Source: Candidatus Muiribacteriota bacterium (lineage in GTDB: Bacteria > Muiribacteriota > Muiribacteriia > Muiribacteriales > Muiribacteriaceae). From it: a DNA stretch of 64,000 nucleotides. Positions 1 to 10,698 of the stretch are shown in pieces. The stretch spans positions 5,281 through 69,280 of the forward strand of contig JBNJGP010000001.1 in assembly GCA_051747805.1 (NCBI GenBank), given 5' to 3'. Under the pieces are notes generated by a model. It searched no databases and had not been told where the DNA came from. It saw only the letters and a program-made list of their open reading frames with translations. Numbering within the stretch: the stretch's first letter is position 1; every line of letters starts with the position of its first letter. Both the position numbers and the translations under genes were made by a program.

Positions 1-2901
1 CTGGAACTTTCAAAATCCCATTTCAAAGAATTATATGAATATGCTCCTATAGGTTATGTAATATATGATTTTGAGCTTAAAATAATATCTACTAACAATT
101 ATTTTAATAATTTTTTTAAAAACCATGATATTATTAAGAAAGTTATAACAGATTTTATACATCCCGAAAGTCAGGATTGCTTTTATTTTCATACTCGTTC
201 GCTTATAAAAAATTCCAGAGCCTCCTCCTGTGTTATAAAAATGAAATTAGAGAATAAAACAGTTTTATTTAAAGTTGAAAGTAACACTTTTGAAGAAAAT
301 AAAAAAAAATATATAAGAAGTGCCTTTATAGATGTAACAGTTGAAAAAGAATATGAAAAAGCACAGAATGATTTGAACAATAAATTAATTGAACAGTCAA
401 GAGACCTTTCCGAATATAAGGCGCGACTTGAATCAACAATGCTTTATGGCAATATGGCCTGGTGGCAGGTGAACTTAAAAGATGGAAGTGTGATTTTTAA
501 TAAAAATAAAACAGATATGATTGGAAGAAAGTCTGAGGATTTTACTAATTTTACTAATTTTACAGATTTACTTCATCCAGAAGATTATGAAAAAGCAATG
601 AAGGCAATGAGAGATTATATTTCGGGAGTAAAAGCATCTTATATTGTTGATTATAGAATAAAGCATGTTGATGGCGGTTACAGATGGTTTCATGATATTG
701 GGATTGGTTCTGAGTTTGACGAAAATGGACAGCCTGTTTTAATAAATGGAATTGTTATTGATATTACAGAAAATAAAAATCATGAAAGACTGATTAATTA
801 TCAGAATAAATTTTTAAAGTTAATTGCAGATATTTCTTCTGATTTTATAAATATTAACTTTGATAATATCCATGAAAAAATTAATAGAATGCTTAAAGTA
901 TGCGGGGAATTTTTTAAAGTAGACCGTTGTTATCTTCTTCAGTTTGAAAATGATGAACATATTTTTTCAAATTCTCACGAATGGGTAAATGATGGTGTTG
1001 AGCCAATGATTGATAGAATGCAGAAATTTAATATAAAAGATTTTAAATGGTGGCATAAAAAAATTCTTGAGAATGAAACAGTGTTTGTAAATGATGTTGA
1101 AAAAATGCCTGCTGAAGCTTCTTCTGAGAAAAAAGAATTTAAAAGTCAGAGTATTAAATCGCTTCTGGTAATTCCAATATACAGCAGAAAAAAATTAATG
1201 GGAGTTTTTGGTTTTGATAATGTAAAATTTAGAAGATCGTGGGAAGAAAGTGAAATTGAAAAAATGAAAGTTTTTGCCAATATTGTTTCAGACGCTTTAA
1301 AAAAATATAAAATAGAAAAAGATTTATTACTTGCTAAAAAACAGGCGGAAGTAGCAAATGTTGCCAAGTCGGACTTTCTTGCAAATATGAGTCATGAAAT
1401 CAGAACTCCTTTAAACTCTGTTATTGGTTTTACTGAGCTTTTATATGATACTGAGGTAGATTTTGAGCAGAAACAGTTTTTAAATAATGTGAAAACTTCA
1501 GCTTCATTTCTTTTAGAGCTTATAAATGATATACTTGATTTTTCTAAAATTGAGGCCGGCCATCTGGAGCTAGAAGAAACCCGCTTAAATGTTATAGAGT
1601 TATTAAAAGATATAGTTAATATTATTAAATTCAAAATACATGAAAAAGGGATTAATCTAAAGTTAGAAATAGATGAATTTGTTCCAAAGTTTATAATGAT
1701 TGATATAAACAGGCTTAAGCAGGTTTTAATTAATCTGCTTACAAACGCAGTTAAATTTACAAAAGAGGGCGAAATAACTTTGAAAATAAATTTTAATAAG
1801 AAAAATAATGAGTTTTTATTTGCGGTCTGTGATACAGGAATTGGCATAAAAAAGGAAAATATATCAAAACTTTTTAAAAAATTCAGTCAGGCAGATACTT
1901 CTACTACAAGAAATTTTGGTGGAACTGGATTAGGACTTGTTATTTCCCAAAAAATAATTCAAAAAATGAAAGGAGAAATCTGGGTAGAAAGTGAATACAA
2001 AAAGGGTAGCAGTTTTAAGTTTAAATTCAAAAAAACACCTCTTAATAATAAGGTGTTAAGCAAAAATGATATTCGCTTTCTTCAAAAACTTTTTCTTGAA
2101 GATAGCTTTGAACTGAAACAGGTAAAAACAGATAAAAAAGTTTATTATAATAAATTAAAGGTGCTTTTAGTTGAAGATGTGCTTATGAATATGAACCTTA
2201 TCAGAAGGCTGATAAAAAAAATTCTTCCTGAAGCAGAAATTATAGAAGCTTATAACGGGGTGAAAGCCTTAAATAATTATATAAAAAATCACCCTGATAT
2301 TGTTTTTATGGATATACAGCTTCCGCAAATGGACGGCCGGGAGGCTGCCAGAAAAATAAGAGAATATGAAAAAAAAAATAAAACATTGAAAACTACCATT
2401 ATAGCACTTACGGCCGGGGCTCTAAAGGAAGAAAAAGAAGAATGTCTCCAGGCTGGTATGGATGATTTTCTGACCAAACCAATTTCAGTTAAAAGGTTGA
2501 ATTATATTATATCAAAATATCTTTCAGGTTTATCCTTTAAACAAAATGAGGAACAAGATAAAAATATAAAAAACAGTCACTTTGATAAAAATGAATTTTT
2601 AACTGAGCTGGATAATGATAAAGAACTTTTTAATGAAATGATAGTTTTTGCGATGGAAGAGCTTCCAATACAAATTAATCAATTGGAAAAAAGCATATTA
2701 AATGATAATATAGAGCAGATTAAAGAGCTGGCACATAAAATAAAAGGTTCGGCATATACTATGAAATTTTATAAGCTTGGCAATATTTCGGATGAAATTT
2801 TTTTGAATTTCAACAAAGAAAAATATAAGCTTAGATTGTTGTTTGATATGTTAAAAAAAGAATACGAAGTTGTTTCTAAGTTTTTACGGGAGGAAAAGTA
2901 A
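1..2901 (+). CDS. Hybrid sensor histidine kinase/response regulator, 5' end outside window. Domains: PAS, PAS, GAF, HisKA, HATPase_c, REC, HPt.
   Basis: Frame 1 is open from nt 1 through the ATG at 241 with no stop. The translated upstream part ([26 protein letters not shown]...) is PAS-like, so the gene starts before the window. H-box HEIRTPLN; HATPase G-boxes (DTGIGI, GGTGLGL); receiver with DIQLPQMDG and TKP; C-terminal HPt-like helix (HKIKGSA). Confidence 0.85.
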   Translation: MELSKSHFKELYEYAPIGYVIYDFELKIISTNNYFNNFFKNHDIIKKVITDFIHPESQDCFYFHTRSLIKNSRASSCVIKMKLENKTVLFKVESNTFEENKKKYIRSAFIDVTVEKEYEKAQNDLNNKLIEQSRDLSEYKARLESTMLYGNMAWWQVNLKDGSVIFNKNKTDMIGRKSEDFTNFTNFTDLLHPEDYEKAMKAMRDYISGVKASYIVDYRIKHVDGGYRWFHDIGIGSEFDENGQPVLINGIVIDITENKNHERLINYQNKFLKLIADISSDFININFDNIHEKINRMLKVCGEFFKVDRCYLLQFENDEHIFSNSHEWVNDGVEPMIDRMQKFNIKDFKWWHKKILENETVFVNDVEKMPAEASSEKKEFKSQSIKSLLVIPIYSRKKLMGVFGFDNVKFRRSWEESEIEKMKVFANIVSDALKKYKIEKDLLLAKKQAEVANVAKSDFLANMSHEIRTPLNSVIGFTELLYDTEVDFEQKQFLNNVKTSASFLLELINDILDFSKIEAGHLELEETRLNVIELLKDIVNIIKFKIHEKGINLKLEIDEFVPKFIMIDINRLKQVLINLLTNAVKFTKEGEITLKINFNKKNNEFLFAVCDTGIGIKKENISKLFKKFSQADTSTTRNFGGTGLGLVISQKIIQKMKGEIWVESEYKKGSSFKFKFKKTPLNNKVLSKNDIRFLQKLFLEDSFELKQVKTDKKVYYNKLKVLLVEDVLMNMNLIRRLIKKILPEAEIIEAYNGVKALNNYIKNHPDIVFMDIQLPQMDGREAARKIREYEKKNKTLKTTIIALTAGALKEEKEECLQAGMDDFLTKPISVKRLNYIISKYLSGLSFKQNEEQDKNIKNSHFDKNEFLTELDNDKELFNEMIVFAMEELPIQINQLEKSILNDNIEQIKELAHKIKGSAYTMKFYKLGNISDEIFLNFNKEKYKLRLLFDMLKKEYEVVSKFLREEK

Positions 2902-4199
2902 TGGCGGCAAATGATATGAATACAATAGTTTCACTGGCAAAAAGAAGAGGCTTTATATTTCAGTCAAGTGAAATATACGGCGGATTAACTTCCTGCTGGG
3001 ATTATGGTCCATACGGAGTCCTATTAAAAAACAATGTTAAGCAGGCTTGGTGGAAAGACATGGTTTTAACACGCAAAGATATGGTTGGGCTGGATAGCTC
3101 AATATTAATGTCCCCAAAAGTGTGGGAGGCTTCCGGACATGTTGATAATTTTTCTGATCCACTTGTTGACTGTAAGAAGTGTAAGCAGAGATATCGACAG
3201 GATCATATAGAAGGCGAGGAATGTCCTTCATGTAAAGGTGAGTTAACAGAGGCAAGACAGTTTAACTTAATGTTTAAAACTTTTATGGGACCAGTTGAAG
3301 ACGCTGGAAGCACAGCTTTTTTAAGACCTGAAACAGCACAGGGAATTTTTGTAAATTTTAAAAATATAGCAACAACCTCAAGAAAGAAAGTTCCTTTTGG
3401 AATTGCTCAAATAGGTAAATCTTTCAGAAACGAAATTACTCCTGGAAATTTTACTTTTAGAACAAGGGAATTTGAGCAGATGGAGGCTGAATTTTTCTGT
3501 TATCCTGAGGAGTCAGAAAAATTTTATGATTACTGGTCAAATCAGAGATATGAATGGTACAAAAAACTTGGAATAAAAGAAGAAAACCTTCAGTTGAGAG
3601 AGCATGATAAGGATGAACTTGCCCATTATGCTTTAAGTTGTGCAGATGTAGAGTACAGGTTCCCGTTTGGTTTTTCTGAGCTTGAAGGTATTGCCAATAG
3701 AACCGACTTTGATTTAAAAAGGCATATAGAGTTTTCTGGAAAAGATTTAAGTTACGTAGACCCTAAAACAAATAAGAAGTTTGTGCCGCATGTGATTGAG
3801 CCTTCTGCCGGTGCCGACAGGGCAACTCTTGCATTTTTAATTGATGCTTATCATGAAGAAGAACATGACGGTAAAAAAAGGGTGGTGCTTAAATTTGATT
3901 CTGAGCTTGCTCCGGTAAAATTAGCAGTTTTTCCGCTTATGAAAAAGCCGCCATTAAAAGAATTGGCTCAGAAAATATTTGATGAGTCAGTAAAACACTT
4001 TTCTGCAGAGTATGATGAGGTGGGCAGTATTGGAAAAAGGTATAGAAGACAGGACGAAATAGGAACGCCATTTTGTGTTACTGTGGACTTTGATTCTCTG
4101 GAAGATAATACTGTAACAGTTAGAAATCGGGATACTATGGAACAGGAAAGGGTGGCGATAAATAAATTAAGCAAATATATTAAAGACGCCTTGAATTAA
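2901..4199 (+). CDS. glyQS: Glycine--tRNA ligase, dimeric class II (alpha2) type
   Basis: N-terminus [39 protein letters not shown] and [21 protein letters not shown] are typical of alpha2 GlyRS. The start ATG overlaps the upstream stop (TAATG). Confidence 0.9.
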   Translation: MAANDMNTIVSLAKRRGFIFQSSEIYGGLTSCWDYGPYGVLLKNNVKQAWWKDMVLTRKDMVGLDSSILMSPKVWEASGHVDNFSDPLVDCKKCKQRYRQDHIEGEECPSCKGELTEARQFNLMFKTFMGPVEDAGSTAFLRPETAQGIFVNFKNIATTSRKKVPFGIAQIGKSFRNEITPGNFTFRTREFEQMEAEFFCYPEESEKFYDYWSNQRYEWYKKLGIKEENLQLREHDKDELAHYALSCADVEYRFPFGFSELEGIANRTDFDLKRHIEFSGKDLSYVDPKTNKKFVPHVIEPSAGADRATLAFLIDAYHEEEHDGKKRVVLKFDSELAPVKLAVFPLMKKPPLKELAQKIFDESVKHFSAEYDEVGSIGKRYRRQDEIGTPFCVTVDFDSLEDNTVTVRNRDTMEQERVAINKLSKYIKDALN

Positions 4200-4284
4200 A
4201 ATGTTATACTTTGGAAAAAATAATAGATTTCCTCTTTATTATACGTTATAATTATTAAACGACACTTTGTAAGGGGGATTAAAA

Positions 4285-5274
4285 ATGAGAAATTCAAAAA
4301 GGAACTTTATTTTTTTGATTTTACTTTTCTGTATTTTTTCACCTATGGGAAATATTCTTGTTGTAGCAGACGGGGCGTATCCGAATGATGTGAAATATTA
4401 TACAGACAGATTAAGTCAGTTTGAGTATGAGGTTATGGATTCAGAAAATGTTGATATTGATTTATTAAATAATTATAAAGCTGTTTTCTGGATTTGCGGA
4501 GATGCTTTTACCACACTTAAAAATGAGCAGAAAGATATGCTTAAACAGTATATTACAACTGACAATCAAACAGGTTTATTTATTGAGGGCGAAAGATTAA
4601 TGTATGATGCTGCATGGATAGATTATAAGTTCTTTTTCAGAAATTTCTTTAAATCTGATTTTGGCGGACATAAAACTGGAAATGTAAATTTTTCAACTCA
4701 CTGGTCAAATGTTATAACTTGGGGAATAAGAGATGATTTTTATGTAAATCTCGCGGGGAGAGACCTGGATTTTATTGATTATAGAGGAATGTCAGACAAC
4801 GAGGTGCTTTTTGAAATCAAAGAACCTAATCAGAGAGGAAGTTCTTCTAAAGTGGAAGCTGCGGGAGTAGCAATAGATAATTACAAAAATAGAGTTGCCC
4901 TTCTTTCTTTTTCACCGGCTTCTAGAAGCTTCTGGGAAATAGATTCTTCGGATTTTGTAAGAAATCTTGCAGAATGGCTTGTTTATGACATAAGAAACGT
5001 AATGTCAGAATATAATAAAATTGCCTCAAGAAGAACTGAAGAAGATTATGATGAGGCTCAAAGATATACTGAAATGGCTTTTCAGAGAATAGTTGCCGGC
5101 TTTGAAAATAATAATTATCAGGAGTTTGATTATTTAAAAAAAGCAGTAGAAAATCATCAGGTTTCAAAAGAACTCTCAGAAAAAATTTTTATGAGATTAA
5201 AGGAAAAATATACTTCATTAGAAGAATGGCAGCAGAATTTTTCAATAAAAACAAGAATAGAGTTTATGAAGTAG
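4285..5274 (+). CDS. Hypothetical exported protein (signal peptide, then flavodoxin-like/ThuA-like N-domain?)
   Basis: Hydrophobic N-terminus FIFLILLFCIFSPMG. RBS GGGGGA upstream. No recognisable catalytic motif. Confidence 0.5.
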   Translation: MRNSKRNFIFLILLFCIFSPMGNILVVADGAYPNDVKYYTDRLSQFEYEVMDSENVDIDLLNNYKAVFWICGDAFTTLKNEQKDMLKQYITTDNQTGLFIEGERLMYDAAWIDYKFFFRNFFKSDFGGHKTGNVNFSTHWSNVITWGIRDDFYVNLAGRDLDFIDYRGMSDNEVLFEIKEPNQRGSSSKVEAAGVAIDNYKNRVALLSFSPASRSFWEIDSSDFVRNLAEWLVYDIRNVMSEYNKIASRRTEEDYDEAQRYTEMAFQRIVAGFENNNYQEFDYLKKAVENHQVSKELSEKIFMRLKEKYTSLEEWQQNFSIKTRIEFMK

Positions 5275-5301
5275 AATTAATTTATTTATAAGGAGTTTTA
5301 T

Positions 5302-6630
5302 ATGTCGTATGAAGTTATAGTAATTGGTGGAAATGCTGCCGGTTTATCAGCCGCGATGGAGGCTAAAAGGCAGAATCCATCATTTAAAATAACAGTTTTT
5401 GAAAAAGGGGAGTTTATTTCCTATGGGGCCTGCGGACTACCTTATTATCTAGGTGGAATGTTAGAAAACCCTGATGATTTAATGGCAAAGCCCCCTTCCT
5501 ATTTTGAAAAAAAAGATGTAAAAGTTTATAAAAACACTCCGGTTATTGATATAAACAGCCGTGATAGAAAAATTACTGCATTATTTAACAATAAAGAACA
5601 GGAGTTTGGCTGGGATAAACTTATAATTGCAACAGGAGCCTATCCTAGAAAACTACCTTTTGAAAAAGAAAATCTTAAAAACCTGTTCCATTTTACTAAA
5701 ATAGAGCATGTTGTAAACGTAAAAAAATTTATAAACGAGAATAATGTAAAAAAAGTTATGATTATTGGTGGCGGATATATTGGTATTGAAGTTGCGGATA
5801 ATCTTGTTAAATCTGGTATAGATGTTTCAATGGTTGAGTTAAACAGGATTTTATCAGTTTTTGATAAAGATGTTTTAAAACCTGTGTACAATAAAATAAA
5901 TAATAATAAAAAATTCACTTTATATGAAGAAATAGGTATCAGCAGTTTAAATGAAGAAAATAATAAAGTTAGAAGTGTTTCTCTTTCAAATGGCGAAAAA
6001 TTACCATGTGATATGATAATTGTCAGTGCGGGTGTTATTCCCGAAACAGAGCTGGCGCAGAAGGCTGGGATAAAAATTGGTGAAACTGGTGCAATTGAGG
6101 TTAACTCAAAGGGGCAGACAAGTAATCACAATGTTTTTGCGGCCGGGGACTGTGCTGAGATTTATCATGACTTGCTTAAAAAAAATGTTTATATACCTCT
6201 TGGAACCAACGCAAACAGAGCTGGTAAAACTGTGGGCAGAAATCTTGAAGTTGCAAAAGAAGAGGTCAAAGTACTGGGAAACTCTATGCTTGAAGCTTTT
6301 GATGTTGAAATTGCCAGTGTTGGTTTAACCGAAAGTCTCGCCATAAAAAATAACTATAATTATATTGCCAGAATGTCAAGTTTTAGATTAAAACCTGGTT
6401 ATGTTTCGAATCAAAAAATTTTGATAAAATATATTATTGATAAATATTCAAAACAACTTCTGGGTGTTCAGATGGCTGGTGATGCAGAGGTTCATGGTAA
6501 AATAAACTGTGCCTCGATAATGATTAATAATAAAATGACCTTAAAAGATATTCAGAAGTTGGATTTTGGCTATCACCCTCTGCTTTCAGGACTTTGGGAT
6601 CCTCTTGTACTTATGGTCAGGAAGTTTTAA
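5302..6630 (+). CDS. FAD-dependent pyridine nucleotide-disulfide oxidoreductase, CoA-disulfide reductase / NADH oxidase family
   Basis: GxGxxG FAD site VIVIGGNAAGLSAA. Redox Cys in SYGACGLPYY, the CoADR/Nox/Npx signature. Second Rossmann IIGGGYIGIE. RBS AAGGAG. Confidence 0.8.
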   Translation: MSYEVIVIGGNAAGLSAAMEAKRQNPSFKITVFEKGEFISYGACGLPYYLGGMLENPDDLMAKPPSYFEKKDVKVYKNTPVIDINSRDRKITALFNNKEQEFGWDKLIIATGAYPRKLPFEKENLKNLFHFTKIEHVVNVKKFINENNVKKVMIIGGGYIGIEVADNLVKSGIDVSMVELNRILSVFDKDVLKPVYNKINNNKKFTLYEEIGISSLNEENNKVRSVSLSNGEKLPCDMIIVSAGVIPETELAQKAGIKIGETGAIEVNSKGQTSNHNVFAAGDCAEIYHDLLKKNVYIPLGTNANRAGKTVGRNLEVAKEEVKVLGNSMLEAFDVEIASVGLTESLAIKNNYNYIARMSSFRLKPGYVSNQKILIKYIIDKYSKQLLGVQMAGDAEVHGKINCASIMINNKMTLKDIQKLDFGYHPLLSGLWDPLVLMVRKF

Positions 6631-6677
6631 AATAGCCTCCTCTTGACTTTTCGGTTTTTTTTCGCTATTGTTTTTAT

Positions 6678-9479
6678 ATGATAAAAATAAAAGGTGCATG
6701 TGAACATAATTTAAAAAATATAGATGTAAATATTCCCAGAAACTCAATATCTGTAGTCACAGGATTATCAGGTTCTGGGAAATCTTCCTTGGCTTTTGAT
6801 ACAGTATATGCTGAGGGGCAGCGAAGATATGTTGAAAGTCTTTCTCATTATGCAAGACAGTTTCTTGGTATTATGAAAAAACCTGATGTTGAAAATATAG
6901 AGGGGCTTTCTCCGGCTATTGTCATTGAACAGAGGGGATTTGCCCATAATCCCCGTTCAACAGTAGGAACAATTACAGAAATTTATGATTATCTCCGGCT
7001 TCTTTATGCAAGAGTCGGTGATGTATTCTGTCCGTACTGTGATATAAAAATTCAAAGTCGTTATAAACAGGATATTTTAAAAGATATAAAAAAGTTCCCC
7101 GAAAATATACGTCTTATTCTTTTAGCTCCGATTATTTCTTCCAAAAAAGGGGAGCATAAGAAAATAATTGAAAAAATTCAAAAGGGTGGCTTTACTAAAA
7201 TAAAAATTGATAATGAGTATTATGATATTGAAGAAATACCTGAGCTTGACCGTCATAAAAAACATACTATTCAAATTGTAGTAGACAGAATAAAAAACAC
7301 GGCTCAGAACAAAGAAAGATTATCAAGTTCTGTAGAACTTGCCTTGAATATGGGGCACAGAACTGTTATTGTAGAAGAATACAGTACACAAAAAGAACAT
7401 TTATTTTCTGAACATTTTGCCTGTCCTGAATGCGGTTTTTCGCTTCCTGAGATAAATCCCCGTTTTTTTTCATTTAACAGCCCTTTCGGGGCCTGTCCAA
7501 AATGCGAGGGTATAGGTTTTACAAAAAGTGTGGAACCTTCATTAATTATTGATGATGAGGTTGAGATTTCCAGAAATCCTTTTATTCCCTTCAGAAACAA
7601 AAAATCGGAAGGTTACTACAATAGTATAATTTCTTCAATAATAGATGAATATAATATTCCGCCTGATACAAAGTTTAAAGACTTATCAACTTATCATAAA
7701 AATATTTTTTTGTACGGTACAGATAGAAAAATTAATCTTAAAATTAAAACAAAAAAAGCCAGATTTAACTATGAAACATACAAAAAAGTTGAGGGTTTTA
7801 TTTCCCGGTTAGAAAGAGTATATAATGATACAGACTCTGAAGGTTCAAGAAAAAAAATTGAAAAGTTCATGAATATGGATTTATGTCCTTCCTGCAACGG
7901 CGCCAGATTAAGCCGGGCAGCATTGGCTGTTAGAGTGGGGGGGATAAATATTGCAGAGTTTTCAGCCTTCTCAATTAAAAACGCTCTTAAATTTGTTCAT
8001 AAACTGAATCTTTCTAAAGAAAAGGCTTTTATTGCAAAACAGGTTTTCAGAGAGGTGAAAAACAGGCTTTTATTCCTTCAGAATGTCGGGTTGTCGTATT
8101 TGAATCTTGACAGGCTTGCTTATACACTTTCGGGCGGGGAGTATCAGCGAATAAGGCTTGCCACTCAGCTTGGAACTGGTCTTACCGGCGTGCTTTACGT
8201 TCTTGATGAGCCCTCTATTGGATTGCATCAGAAAGATAATAAAAAACTTCTTGATACACTTGAAGGACTCCGTAATCTTGGTAATACAGTGCTTGTTGTG
8301 GAACATGATGAAGAAACTATAAGAAAGGCAGATTATGTTGTTGATATGGGACCTGGAGCTGGAATTCATGGTGGTGAAGTAGTTTTTTCTGGAAATGTAA
8401 AAAAACTTTTAAAAGATAAAAAATCAATTACGGCCAAATACTTAAGACGGGAAAAACGTGTTTTTACCCAGAAGTCAGAAAGATTAGAAAGTAATAATTT
8501 TATTAAATTAAAAGGCTGCAGAGGTCATAATTTAAAAAACATAGATATAAATATTCCAGAGGGAAGATTTGTTGTGGTTGCTGGAGTATCAGGGTCTGGA
8601 AAATCAACTTTAATTAACGATACTCTATATGAGGCTTTAATGAAAAAAATTTATAAGGGTGCGCATTTTTCGCTTTCCCATAAATCTCTTGAAATTCCCC
8701 CTGATTTAAAAAAAGTTGTTATGATTGATCAGATGCCTATAGGTAAAACTCCGCGGTCTAATCCTGCTACCTATACTGGTTTGTTTACTCATATTAGAAA
8801 GATTATGACAATGACTGATGAGGCTAAGATGCGTGGATATAAAATTGGCAGATTTTCCTTTAACGTCAAAGGGGGGAGATGCGAAATATGTGAGGGGCAG
8901 GGTATAAAAAAGATTGAAATGCAGTTTCTGCCTGATGTTTATATTGAATGTGAGGAATGTAAAGGTGCCCGCTATAATGAAGAAACTCTTGAAATTAAAT
9001 ACAGGGGTAAAAATATTGCTCAGATTCTTGATATGACGGTTGAAGAGGCGCTTTATTTTTTTGAAAATCATAATGCCTTAAAAAGAAAATTAAAAACTCT
9101 TAACGATGTTGGTTTGTCTTATATGCATCTTGGACAGCCCGCAACTACCCTATCCGGTGGTGAGGCTCAGAGAGTTAAACTTTCAACCGAGCTTTCGCGG
9201 GTTTCAAGCGGAGATACTTTGTATATTTTAGACGAGCCTACTACTGGGCTTCATTTTGATGATGTCAGTAAGCTTCTTGTTGTGCTTGACAGGCTTACTG
9301 CCCGGGGAAATACTGTTGTTGTTATTGAACATAATTTAGACGTTATTAAGTTTGCAGATTATATAATTGATCTTGGTCCTGATGGTGGTGAAGGTGGTGG
9401 AGAACTTCTATATCAGGGCGGGCTTAAAGGTTTAAAGAAATGTAAAAAATCTTATACTTCTCAGGCTCTATACAAATAA
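6678..9479 (+). CDS. uvrA: Excinuclease ABC subunit A
   Basis: Two ABC ATPase modules (GLSGSGKSSL, GVSGSGKSTL), zinc-finger Cys clusters (CPECGFS..CPKCEG; CEICEGQG..CEECKG), signature LSGGEYQR / LSGGEAQR. 933 aa. Confidence 0.95.
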   Translation: MIKIKGACEHNLKNIDVNIPRNSISVVTGLSGSGKSSLAFDTVYAEGQRRYVESLSHYARQFLGIMKKPDVENIEGLSPAIVIEQRGFAHNPRSTVGTITEIYDYLRLLYARVGDVFCPYCDIKIQSRYKQDILKDIKKFPENIRLILLAPIISSKKGEHKKIIEKIQKGGFTKIKIDNEYYDIEEIPELDRHKKHTIQIVVDRIKNTAQNKERLSSSVELALNMGHRTVIVEEYSTQKEHLFSEHFACPECGFSLPEINPRFFSFNSPFGACPKCEGIGFTKSVEPSLIIDDEVEISRNPFIPFRNKKSEGYYNSIISSIIDEYNIPPDTKFKDLSTYHKNIFLYGTDRKINLKIKTKKARFNYETYKKVEGFISRLERVYNDTDSEGSRKKIEKFMNMDLCPSCNGARLSRAALAVRVGGINIAEFSAFSIKNALKFVHKLNLSKEKAFIAKQVFREVKNRLLFLQNVGLSYLNLDRLAYTLSGGEYQRIRLATQLGTGLTGVLYVLDEPSIGLHQKDNKKLLDTLEGLRNLGNTVLVVEHDEETIRKADYVVDMGPGAGIHGGEVVFSGNVKKLLKDKKSITAKYLRREKRVFTQKSERLESNNFIKLKGCRGHNLKNIDINIPEGRFVVVAGVSGSGKSTLINDTLYEALMKKIYKGAHFSLSHKSLEIPPDLKKVVMIDQMPIGKTPRSNPATYTGLFTHIRKIMTMTDEAKMRGYKIGRFSFNVKGGRCEICEGQGIKKIEMQFLPDVYIECEECKGARYNEETLEIKYRGKNIAQILDMTVEEALYFFENHNALKRKLKTLNDVGLSYMHLGQPATTLSGGEAQRVKLSTELSRVSSGDTLYILDEPTTGLHFDDVSKLLVVLDRLTARGNTVVVIEHNLDVIKFADYIIDLGPDGGEGGGELLYQGGLKGLKKCKKSYTSQALYK

Positions 9480-9599
9480 AAATTTTTTCTGGTATTTTTA
9501 GAACTTGAGTTTAGAATTGTTTTGTTGACAACTAATGTTTTTTAGTGCAGATTAGGTTAGAAGAATATTTTTTTAAAGTAGATGCGGAGGTTTATTATT

Positions 9600-9923
9600 A
9601 TGATGTTTAAATGTTCAAAATGTGATTTTATTATTGATGAAAGAAAAGTTGAAAAATGTCCCGGTTGTGGCGAGGATAATCTTATAAAATTAAATGCTGA
9701 GCAGGAAGAAAAAATTTCTAACTCAAGAGAAGAAAATGATTTGCTTATGGAGCTTTCAGGTCTTGTTTCTAATTGTATTGAAATATCGCTTGAGTTAAAC
9801 GAAATAATGGAAACAGGCTCTGATGAAAAATTAATTGAAAAAATGTTAACAAATTTTCCTGAAATAAGAGCATTAATTTATTCAAGGCTTGCCGAAAATG
9901 TAAAAAATGAAAAATGGGGTTAA
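9600..9923 (+). CDS. Small zinc-ribbon protein (CxxC-x15-CxxC) with helical C-terminal region; function unknown
   Basis: MMFKCSKCDFIIDERKVEKCPGCGE. GGAGG RBS 9 nt upstream of ATGATG at 9600. The ORF-track start at 9582 lies upstream of the RBS. Its stop overlaps the stop of the convergent gene. Confidence 0.5.
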   Translation: MMFKCSKCDFIIDERKVEKCPGCGEDNLIKLNAEQEEKISNSREENDLLMELSGLVSNCIEISLELNEIMETGSDEKLIEKMLTNFPEIRALIYSRLAENVKNEKWG

Positions 9924-10510
9924 GAGGCCTTTTTCTCAGATTTTGCCTCTTCTACATTATTACAGCAGAAAATATAAGTTGGCGGAATATTTCTTATAAC
10001 TCTTTTTACATCAATTTTATTAAAAAAAGTTTTAAAGTATTTATGTTTTGCTTTTGAATACTGTATTGTGCTGAATTTACCATTTTTATCAAGTAGCTGT
10101 ATTGACTTATTTAAAATAGTATTAGAAACATTTTCCGGCAGACAGGTATAGGGAAGAGCCGAAACAATATAATCAATACGAGGCATATCAAACTCTTTCA
10201 TATATTCATCAATGTTTTCAGCAGACCCCTGCACAATATGAAGGTTTTCAATATGACCATATTTCTTTTTCAGAAGTTTTGAAAAAGGTTCATTAATTTC
10301 TATTGTTAAAATAACAGTATCATCATTGCATTTTTTTATTAGTTCTTCTGTAAATACACCTGTACCTGGTCCATATTCAACAATATATTTAGATTTTGAA
10401 AAATCAATATCTGAAACCATTTTTCGAGCAGCATATTTTGAGCATGGCATAGCTGTTCCAACATTCACAGGATTAAAAATAGACTGTTTTATAAAAGTAA
10501 ATAATTCCAT
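9920..10510 (-). CDS. Class I SAM-dependent methyltransferase (rRNA-adenine-dimethylase-like fold; COG3963/PmtA-like size)
   Basis: SAM motif I VEYGPGTGVFTEEL, acidic motif II LTIEINE, ~196 aa. Substrate is not assignable from sequence. Confidence 0.55.
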   Translation of the reverse strand: MELFTFIKQSIFNPVNVGTAMPCSKYAARKMVSDIDFSKSKYIVEYGPGTGVFTEELIKKCNDDTVILTIEINEPFSKLLKKKYGHIENLHIVQGSAENIDEYMKEFDMPRIDYIVSALPYTCLPENVSNTILNKSIQLLDKNGKFSTIQYSKAKHKYFKTFFNKIDVKRVIRNIPPTYIFCCNNVEEAKSEKKAS

Positions 10511-10698
10511 GTATAATTGCTCCCTGAATTTAAAGTATTTTTTAATATTTTACTAAATTAACCATAAAAAGTCAATTAAAAAAATTATAGAGCCTAAATT
10601 CTTATTGAGAATTGCAGGAAAAATATATTACGTTATAAAAAAAATTATGTTATAATTAAACAGAATTAGAATATTGAATTAAGTATGGGGGAATCCTT

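Noticed and set aside
1146-1847. 73- and 151-aa minus-strand ORFs inside the histidine-kinase gene
   Set aside because: They are antisense shadow ORFs within a clearly coding region with no independent signals.
6077-6328. 83-aa plus-strand ORF in an alternative frame of the CoADR/Nox gene
   Set aside because: It sits in an off-frame within a conserved flavoprotein gene. It has no RBS and an R/K/L-rich composition typical of frame-shifted translation.
10326-10556. 76-aa plus-strand ORF
   Set aside because: It is antisense to the methyltransferase gene and runs into the promoter region.
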